64,000 bases of DNA from a virus. The notes below the pieces were generated by a model that saw only the letters and a list, made by a program, of their open reading frames with translations, was not told the DNA's origin and searched no databases. Below, piece after piece: positions 56,789-64,000 of the stretch. The stretch lies in IMG/VR virus record IMGVR_UViG_3300017605_000140, positions 1-64,000 of that record. One strand, given 5' to 3'. The translations under genes were made by a program, and so were the position numbers. Within the stretch, counting starts at the first letter, position 1; each line of letters opens with the position of its first letter.

Positions 56789-59775
56789 TACTGTCCTATC
56801 TGTAGATTTTTAATACGAAGTTGTTCATTCATAGAGTCTACTATCAGCTTACCAGTTAACTTAGCATCAATAGAAGAACCAGAATATCCAGACGGAAGAT
56901 TAACATTTATATCTCCGAACTGAACAGTAGTACCTGATGAACCTTTAAGGTTAGGATTAAAGGTATTATTCAAAAGAGTCTGGCGAATTGTTTCCGCTTG
57001 TTGAGCAGGAATAATCATTTCACCTTGGTGAACTGTGGCCTTTTGATCCTTGTCAATATTCCAAGCACCAGCCGCATACCAATTATTTCTCTGGTGGAAA
57101 GACCAAGCAGCATTAGGACTATGGTATCTGTTGTCAATATAATCCATCATCCAACGAAGTTGGGTTTCTCCGTTGGTCTTCCAGTCCGATCCCGCACTAG
57201 CGTATTTACCAGGTGGAAGAGCCTGTGCCAATCCGTAAGCACCTGAGCTAGGATTAGTAGCTTTAGGATTCCACCCCGCTTCGGACATTTCCAGAGAGTT
57301 AAACGCTCCCCATTGACCTGCCCACCCTCTTTGTGCTAATAATTTTTTAGCATAAGCTTGTAGGGAAGATACCTTGTTACTACCAGTTCCTTTTACATTT
57401 CCCGTAGGATTAGGGTTTCCGGATGTATTGGCAGCACCACTAGAAGCGGCTGTAAGACCTACCGACCCACCACCAGTGGCCCCACTTAGTGAACTCATCA
57501 GAGCCTCTAATTCAGAAGTTCCTTTATAGCTACCAATATCCCCACCAGATTTAGACTGTTGGTTATTAAGTGTGTCAGTGTTTGAACTATTCTCATTTAA
57601 CAAAGAATTCATATTACCTACAGATCCCAGAATTCTTCGAGCGTTAGTAAACTCTCCAGGCTTAAATGACCGGATACGAACATTAGCCCCCGTATGGGGA
57701 GCCTCAATAACTTTTCCACCACCTATAGCCATAACAACATGATGTGCGGGGTTACCGTTGAACAGTAGATCTCCTGGCTGTACTTGGTCGGTAGGTACTG
57801 GCTTTCCCTGCTTTTGCTGATCAGCAGCAGTACGAGGGAGTTTTACACCCGCTTTGCCATAGGCCCATTGTATAAGACCAGAACAATCCCACCCATTAGG
57901 GCCAGTGCCTCCCCACACATAAGGATCACCTAGTTCTTTTTCTGCAAAACTAATTACTTGAGCAGCATTCGCACCACTGTTAGTACCCGTAGCTCTTATA
58001 GATCCACCACTACCACCACCAGTAGCACTATTACTAGAACCTCCGAATATACTGGTTAACTTATTAAGACCCTTTTTACCCCATTTTGCCCCAGTAGCAA
58101 TTTGTCCAAATGGGTTGAGCACGTTCATTGGAGAAGTAAGAGCTTTACCAGCAGCTTTTCTATATATATCAAATTGAGACATATTAGCTGTTACTTTATC
58201 ATCAGCATGTAAGCCTAGATAAGCTGCACCCGCCGCAGCAGTAACACCTAGTCCAGCTAATCCAGTAGTAGCCGCACCGCTTATTCCGGTAGCACCAGTT
58301 CCTGGTACACTCCATACACCATTAGCGCCTTGTGTGGCGGATAACAATCCATTAGTAGCGCCTGTACGAGCAGCACCTCCGCCGCCCCCGCTGAATAGCC
58401 CACCTAAACCGCTTAGAAGGCTGCCTCCGCCCCTGAAAAGTCTAGCAGCACCAAAGAGACCTACCCCAGCTCCAAAGGCGTTACCGAAGCCACTGAGGGC
58501 ATTTGAGAAGGGTGCTGCCCAACCGGCTCCGGTACCAATAGCCTGATCCAAATGTGTTGTCTTTAAGAAGGCTGTAAGAGCATTGCTGAATTTATTCACT
58601 GCTTTGGTAGCACTGTCAAACGCAGGAGCAAGACTATTAAGAATATCATTCTGACGTGTAAGTCTTGTGGCATTCAAATTTCTCTGATTTTCAAACATAG
58701 AAGAGCCCATACCAGTAGTTTTAGCTAACTGATTTATAGCACTTTTATCTCCTGTACCAGCTTTTTCTAATAAATTATAATATCTGGAAGAAGAAATACC
58801 CTTATTCTGGGAGACTACTTGTCCCCTAATAATATTCTGATATTCCTGAATAGTATTCTGGTTCCACCCCATAGCCTGACCAAAATACTGAAGATTTACA
58901 TTAAGACTTCCACCCTGAGATAAAGAAGCATCTAATTGTTGGGGATTAATACGTTGATTACCAAAAGTTCTGGAATATATAGACTGAGCAATATTGCTCA
59001 TAGTGTTTTTCTTACCACCAGCAAGAATAGGACTTGCCAAACCTAAAGCAGGGGCTACCATGGTAGCTCTGGCACTGAAGGTTTGCTGTGCTGCGGTTGC
59101 TCCGCCTGTAGCTCCCAAGGTAGGACTAGCATAAGCAAAGGCATTAGCTTGACGCATACCTGAAACAAAGGCAGGATTAGCTTGTCCATTAAACTGGGAG
59201 TTTCCAAAAGTATATTGGTTAACATACGCGGCTCTGGCAGCATCTGTAGCATTTAGTGCTGCATAGTTATTATTGAATGCTAAAGCTCTAGCTGTCTCAG
59301 CCGGTCCTCGAAAACCACCAGTAAATCCACCAGCAATAGCAGACTGAGTACCATAAAAATCCATCTGCATATTTGTGGACATATTCTTATTGGCGTAACC
59401 CGTCAGTCCGGAAAGAACCGCCGCAGTAGCTCCCAATCCAGCAGAGAGTCTAGAGTTTCTTCCTAAGGGACCAAAAGCTCCGTTACCTCCATTAGGAGAC
59501 ATACCACCGAAACTGCCACCACTGAAGTTTCCGCCACCGCCGTTAGTAGAGTAGCTGGATCTATTAGAACCAGAATTCCAGAGAATACCCATGGTACTTC
59601 CACTAGAACCCGCAGCTCTGTTAGCAGCACCTGTCATATTACCAAAACCGGTGGACAATCTTCCTACATCAGAAGTAAGTCTTCCAATATTGGTAGTTAA
59701 AGAATCAACCGCTTGTTGAAGACCATTGGTCCCAAGCAAGCGGCTGGCTCCTATATTATTCTCATCAGCCATCAA
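56788..59775 (-). CDS. tape measure protein with NlpC/P60 and lytic transglycosylase domains
   Basis: G/A-rich helical N-term; PYVWGGTGPNGWDCSGL; EAGWNPKATNPSSGAYGLAQALP; VHQGEMIIPA. Confidence 0.9.
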   Translation of the reverse strand: MMADENNIGASRLLGTNGLQQAVDSLTTNIGRLTSDVGRLSTGFGNMTGAANRAAGSSGSTMGILWNSGSNRSSYSTNGGGGNFSGGSFGGMSPNGGNGAFGPLGRNSRLSAGLGATAAVLSGLTGYANKNMSTNMQMDFYGTQSAIAGGFTGGFRGPAETARALAFNNNYAALNATDAARAAYVNQYTFGNSQFNGQANPAFVSGMRQANAFAYASPTLGATGGATAAQQTFSARATMVAPALGLASPILAGGKKNTMSNIAQSIYSRTFGNQRINPQQLDASLSQGGSLNVNLQYFGQAMGWNQNTIQEYQNIIRGQVVSQNKGISSSRYYNLLEKAGTGDKSAINQLAKTTGMGSSMFENQRNLNATRLTRQNDILNSLAPAFDSATKAVNKFSNALTAFLKTTHLDQAIGTGAGWAAPFSNALSGFGNAFGAGVGLFGAARLFRGGGSLLSGLGGLFSGGGGGAARTGATNGLLSATQGANGVWSVPGTGATGISGAATTGLAGLGVTAAAGAAYLGLHADDKVTANMSQFDIYRKAAGKALTSPMNVLNPFGQIATGAKWGKKGLNKLTSIFGGSSNSATGGGSGGSIRATGTNSGANAAQVISFAEKELGDPYVWGGTGPNGWDCSGLIQWAYGKAGVKLPRTAADQQKQGKPVPTDQVQPGDLLFNGNPAHHVVMAIGGGKVIEAPHTGANVRIRSFKPGEFTNARRILGSVGNMNSLLNENSSNTDTLNNQQSKSGGDIGSYKGTSELEALMSSLSGATGGGSVGLTAASSGAANTSGNPNPTGNVKGTGSNKVSSLQAYAKKLLAQRGWAGQWGAFNSLEMSEAGWNPKATNPSSGAYGLAQALPPGKYASAGSDWKTNGETQLRWMMDYIDNRYHSPNAAWSFHQRNNWYAAGAWNIDKDQKATVHQGEMIIPAQQAETIRQTLLNNTFNPNLKGSSGTTVQFGDINVNLPSGYSGSSIDAKLTGKLIVDSMNEQLRIKNLQIGQ

Positions 59776-59809
59776 TATCTCCTAAGTTACTTTATTACTT
59801 TTAATTATA

Positions 59810-60049
59810 TTACCTATAAGGCATTCCACCAAAAGTAACCCCTTCACCAATGGATCTAGTAATGACTTGATTTGAATTGTTGAGTTGGTGCACTCTTTCG
59901 TATTCTTGTTCTAGCTTATAGACGTATCTATTAACCCAGTGTTTACGCTCTCTGTAGGTTAATTTTTTAGATTCAGAAATAGGCCAATTAAAAGCTTCTA
60001 CTAACTGTTCATAATCTTTATACAGAATTTGGTAATCAGAGTTCCTGAA
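59810..60049 (-). CDS. tail assembly chaperone C-terminal extension (reached by +1 frameshift)
   Basis: 79-codon frame with no early ATG/GTG/TTG: ..YEQLVEAFNWPISESKKLTYRERKHW..; overlaps end of 60036..60899. Confidence 0.65.
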   Translation of the reverse strand, partial: FRNSDYQILYKDYEQLVEAFNWPISESKKLTYRERKHWVNRYVYKLEQEYERVHQLNNSNQVITRSIGEGVTFGGMPYR

Positions 60050-60899
60050 ATAGGATACCCACGTTTAGTGGGACAAGAACCTCACCCTCGCAAGAAGAGC
60101 ATTGTGCAACTACTTTATCGTATCTGGGACCAGGCTGATTATTATAAATGTAATCCTGTAAAGTCTTACGGTCAGCAAGTCCTAGTTTCTTAACATCACT
60201 TAAACCTTTAGAAAGTCTTTCAGTACCATCAGGTTCTATAAATGACAGTACACAAAAAGCTAACGTTAAGCTATTCATCTCTGGAATAGTCAATTGACTT
60301 TTGAATATGTCATTCTGAACTGCACCAGTAGGGAACTGTACACGGGCTTTACGTCCCTTACGTATATCCACAAGAAAATCGCGTACTTCTGGATCAGCTA
60401 ATTCCTGTACAGGAATATCTTTCAGATTAAGTGTTAAATCATTAGATTCCCCACAACTCTCACAAGCTACACCAAACAGTTCGAACTCATCCCCGAAAGT
60501 TGCACGTCTTATACCTAGCATTAACATATCCAGGTCACCCTGTAATAAGGAATCTAAGATATCAGTAGATATTTCAGTATCCCCAATAGCCACAGTACCG
60601 CATTGTAAAAGAGTGCTTACATACTTTGCAGGATTATTAGAGGTTCTAGCCTTGGCAAGTTTTTCCTCATGTTCCCCAGTTAGTTCCTGAATTTCTGCTT
60701 CACGTACTACCCTGTTATCAAGTAATAATCCTGCGGGAAGTTTTATAAAGGTATCAGGTAGCTCACCTATTACTGGCACAGGATTAAGAGAATGAAGAAC
60801 TTTCTTAGTAAGAGCATTTAAATCTGATGATGCGGCGTTTACAACTTGACCCTCAACATCATCAAAAGTCATAGAATATTCGGGCTGCTCGTAATCCAT
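60036..60899 (-). CDS. tail assembly chaperone (T4 gp26-like)
   Basis: ELTGEHEE, GD.D.L.LGIRRATFG, CESC...CSSC; between tube and tape measure. Confidence 0.82.
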   Translation of the reverse strand: MDYEQPEYSMTFDDVEGQVVNAASSDLNALTKKVLHSLNPVPVIGELPDTFIKLPAGLLLDNRVVREAEIQELTGEHEEKLAKARTSNNPAKYVSTLLQCGTVAIGDTEISTDILDSLLQGDLDMLMLGIRRATFGDEFELFGVACESCGESNDLTLNLKDIPVQELADPEVRDFLVDIRKGRKARVQFPTGAVQNDIFKSQLTIPEMNSLTLAFCVLSFIEPDGTERLSKGLSDVKKLGLADRKTLQDYIYNNQPGPRYDKVVAQCSSCEGEVLVPLNVGILFQEL

Positions 60900-60978
60900 A
60901 TTAGGTTTCCTTTAGTAGTTCGGGTTCGTTCTATCTTAACTATTCTACAACATGGGGATATATAACTCTAATTAGAAC

Positions 60979-61554
60979 TCAAAAAGAAACCCCGTTTAAG
61001 CCAATAGAGCTAGCTAATTTGAAATCAAAACCTTCATGAGCAAGACTTAGCTGCTGCATAAGAACAGCATTCGCACCAGCGTCTAAATCAGAGAATGCTA
61101 TGGAAGTTGGCCATGCATTGTAAATTCTGTAAATAGCCTTTACAGGAACTTGCTTGGTAGTTACCGGGTGGTCTAATACCATAACATCAATAGTTGCGCG
61201 GAAATCCTGTCCAGGAGATCCTGTACCTGTTCCCTGCATAACAGTGAATAGTTCTCTCATCCACTGCCACATTGGGCCAGAACCTACAGCAACACCCTGA
61301 GATAGGGTAATAGGTGCAAAATCACTCTGACCAGGCATCTTCTGAGTAGTGGTATTCATTCCACCCTCACGATATGGAATTACTTCAGTGGTTATATTCA
61401 GCCCACTAACAGTCATGAATCCCATAGTGGCAAAACCACGAATATGCGGATGCATGATATTAACATTGAACTTAAAGTTTCTTAATGGGTCTGTAGCTAA
61501 ATGGGCAATAGAGGGAGTTGCCTTAGCTATAGGTGCTGCGATTGATGTAGCCAT
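60979..61554 (-). CDS. tail tube protein (T4 gp19-like)
   Basis: DPLRNFKF, VSGL, YREGG, KMPGQ, NAWP, L.HEG. Confidence 0.95.
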   Translation of the reverse strand: MATSIAAPIAKATPSIAHLATDPLRNFKFNVNIMHPHIRGFATMGFMTVSGLNITTEVIPYREGGMNTTTQKMPGQSDFAPITLSQGVAVGSGPMWQWMRELFTVMQGTGTGSPGQDFRATIDVMVLDHPVTTKQVPVKAIYRIYNAWPTSIAFSDLDAGANAVLMQQLSLAHEGFDFKLASSIGLNGVSF

Positions 61555-61567
61555 TTAATTAATCTCC

Positions 61568-63466
61568 TTAGGCTGTAGTTGTTGTAGAAGCAGCCATCTG
61601 GTTAATATCAATTACTACGAACTCAGCGGGACTATTAAGAGCTAATCCTACTTGTACGTGAACTTCTCCAGCGGCGATTGTAGTTGGCGTGTTATTTCCA
61701 GAATCACATTGCACAAAGTATGCTTGATCAGCAGTATCACCTTGAAGAATTCCTTGTTGCCAAGCTCCTTGTAGATATTGCGTAACTACTGCGCTAAGTG
61801 TAGCCCATAGCGTTGGATTATTATTTTCAAATACCGCGAATTGGGTAAGCCCAGTAAGTGTGAATTGAATATTCATTAAGGTACGCTCAACTGGAACGTA
61901 GCGGCTAGGCAGATTAGTCAGTAATGTTCTAGCACCCATAACACAGAAACCATAGCTGGAAATATTACGAATAATATTTACACCATTAGAGTTAAGAGAA
62001 TCAAGATTACTATTCTGGAAAGCTAGTTCAGTTCCCGCTACCCTCTGCAAAGGAATAGTTACTCCAGCCGGGGCCTTCTGTACACCGTATAAACCATCAG
62101 TACTGGAGTACAAACCTAGTACCGCTCCGCCTGGAGGAAGAGTTCTGGTAGCTCCAGGAGTTGTAGAAATAGGATCTGGTACTTGTACCCAAGGACCATA
62201 TAGAGCTACTGAAGAAGAAGGAGTTAGCTGGGAATTTCCTACTACCATACGTAGGTAAGTATCCACAGTAGCTGCCTCATTAGGGGTAACTCCATCAGCA
62301 CCTATAGTAGCTCTTGGAACGTCTACTACAGCAAAGAGATTAGGCTGAGCTTCTGTGTATGCAAGAATAGGATTAAGAATAGACGTATCTGAAACACCGG
62401 GAAGATTTAAATCAATATTTCCCTGGATAGTAGATAGTTTCTGTGTAGCAGTAAGAAGGCTAGGCGTCGCTACTCCGTCTGATCCCCCAGACAAAGCTGT
62501 AGGAGCTTGAGTCTGTGGAGTAATAGCAGTATTCCACGTTGAGTAAGAACCTAGATCCACTGCCTGAATATACTTAGATCCAAGTAATGTTGAGTTAAGC
62601 ATAGATACGGCATACCGCTGGTCTGTACGATTCATTGTTACGTCGAGGAATCTCTCAACGATATTAGAATCTGCTGTTCCCCCATAACGTACTGTAAGAT
62701 TAAATCTTCCTGTACCAGTTACGCTGTCAGTAATATCTACATACACATTATTACCCCAGGTACCAACAGATACACAGCTAAGCTTAAGTATTGGTGTAGG
62801 TGTTCCTGTGGTGTTGTACAGAGGAATAGGAGTCATAGGAGTATAACTACCGTTATCAGTAAAAGTAACAGTAGGGGCAGTAACAGATGCAAGTAGCAGA
62901 GGTGTACCTAGTACGCCATCAACTGTTAGATTACGTCTATATACTCTATAAGAAGTAGCAGTGGCTACCGCTGTCCAGTTAAGAACAACGTTATTTGTAA
63001 CTGTAAGAGTTTGATTTGCGATTGCTTGTACTGGAATACCACCATTAGTTTCACCAGGGGATTTAACAGCGGTTACTGTGTACTCGTAAGTGTACGAAGG
63101 AGTTGTAGTTCCTCCAGGAGTAGCGGTAACACCAGTAGGAGGAAGAATTCCACCAGTACCAATCTCACGGTCATTTAATGTTTGAGTAGCTGTTATAGCA
63201 TCAGCAGCAGCAGCTCTTACTACATAGCACTGATTACCGTTATTAGTAAAGTATTGCCATACCGCGAAAGGTAGCAAATTGGCTGCTGTACCAAATCCCC
63301 CGTAAATATTGAGAAAGTCATTCCAGCTTTGAATAAGAGTAGGCTGTGTAGGTCCTTGAGTATGGACACCTATAAAAGCAGCCGTAGATTGTCCCGGACT
63401 AGTTTGTCCTGTAGACAGGGGAGTCAAGGATGTATTTACATATACACCAGGACGCTGATAGGTCAT
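61568..63466 (-). CDS. contractile tail sheath protein with FN3/Ig-like insert
   Basis: RPGVYV, YFTNNG, KAPAG, GARTL, RYVPVER, AVFENN, PAEFVVI. Confidence 0.95.
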   Translation of the reverse strand: MTYQRPGVYVNTSLTPLSTGQTSPGQSTAAFIGVHTQGPTQPTLIQSWNDFLNIYGGFGTAANLLPFAVWQYFTNNGNQCYVVRAAAADAITATQTLNDREIGTGGILPPTGVTATPGGTTTPSYTYEYTVTAVKSPGETNGGIPVQAIANQTLTVTNNVVLNWTAVATATSYRVYRRNLTVDGVLGTPLLLASVTAPTVTFTDNGSYTPMTPIPLYNTTGTPTPILKLSCVSVGTWGNNVYVDITDSVTGTGRFNLTVRYGGTADSNIVERFLDVTMNRTDQRYAVSMLNSTLLGSKYIQAVDLGSYSTWNTAITPQTQAPTALSGGSDGVATPSLLTATQKLSTIQGNIDLNLPGVSDTSILNPILAYTEAQPNLFAVVDVPRATIGADGVTPNEAATVDTYLRMVVGNSQLTPSSSVALYGPWVQVPDPISTTPGATRTLPPGGAVLGLYSSTDGLYGVQKAPAGVTIPLQRVAGTELAFQNSNLDSLNSNGVNIIRNISSYGFCVMGARTLLTNLPSRYVPVERTLMNIQFTLTGLTQFAVFENNNPTLWATLSAVVTQYLQGAWQQGILQGDTADQAYFVQCDSGNNTPTTIAAGEVHVQVGLALNSPAEFVVIDINQMAASTTTTA

Positions 63467-63500
63467 TAATATCTCCTAGCTAACTTATAATTATGGATAA

Positions 63501-64000
63501 CTATACTACAGGTGGAAGAATAGCAATAGAATCCACAACTTTAGTAACCTTTGAATAGGCATCAATTTCAACAGGTAGTAATTCTGTTGAAACTCTTACA
63601 GTATAAATTGTGTGAAAAATTCTTTTTCCATCCGTATCATGTGTACTTTGTCTTTCAGGACCAGATAAAAGATCTAGTCTGCGTACTGTGCCATCTTCTG
63701 GAATAGCTAGATATCCATGTCTGACATTAAGAAAATCTGGTCCAGATAATACCGCAGAAAGAAAAGTAGAATGTTTATTATTTCTGGATAATACTTCTAT
63801 CTGATAATCAATATTATACGGTATAGGAGTAAAAGCCCAATAAGGACTTTGTGTAACATCTTCCATGGTATCAGTTATCCATTGATTAAAATTCTCTGGA
63901 GTATACGGAAGCTGGAACCATCCCGAGTGCGCTCTTTCAGGATCAAAAGATAAACCTACATTAGCTATGACAATAGATGGATAAGTAAGATTAGTAGTTT
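63501..64000 (-). CDS. tail completion/terminator-like protein (5' end beyond window)
   Basis: Frame open to window edge (..TYPSIVI..DPERAH..); PIPYNIDYQI, DGTVRRLD. Confidence 0.7.
   Translation of the reverse strand, partial: TTNLTYPSIVIANVGLSFDPERAHSGWFQLPYTPENFNQWITDTMEDVTQSPYWAFTPIPYNIDYQIEVLSRNNKHSTFLSAVLSGPDFLNVRHGYLAIPEDGTVRRLDLLSGPERQSTHDTDGKRIFHTIYTVRVSTELLPVEIDAYSKVTKVVDSIAILPPVV

Noticed and set aside
52296-63466. Bacterial extracellular contractile injection system (eCIS)
   Set aside because: Embedded with a tape measure, replication and lysis genes of a phage; best explained as a myovirus tail

Overview
64 kb segment of a large lytic dsDNA tailed phage with a contractile tail (myovirus) infecting an actinobacterium, most likely Streptomyces. 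The host call is inferred from WhiB, Rpf-LysM, TerD, DUF1876-like and GH25 lysin genes. Layout: (i) 1-8.9 kb, a more GC-rich early/host-takeover region of small ORFs in two convergent blocks, driven by TTGACA-type promoters and punctuated by a family of CTAG-bounded stem-loops; it also holds an unannotated ~110-nt tRNA-/tmRNA-like RNA (454-563) and a tandem pair of promoter+conserved-motif units (8372-8585). (ii) 9-20 kb, minus-strand accessory/late block: TGT-like fusion, degenerate HAD, nucleotidyltransferase, endolysin, Rpf + NlpC/P60, small basic proteins, SpoVS, RuvC, SLOG. (iii) 21-46 kb, replication/recombination: Cas4-like nuclease, WhiB, resolvase, RNA ligase, RecA, class II RNR, PolA, SSB, SNF2 helicase, primase, DnaB, PNKP, DnaC-like. 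(iv) 46.7-64 kb, AT-rich baseplate/tail module including a probable +1 frameshift in the tail chaperone. No integrase, CRISPR array, IS element or canonical tRNA was seen. All product calls come from motif recognition only; no database searches were run.
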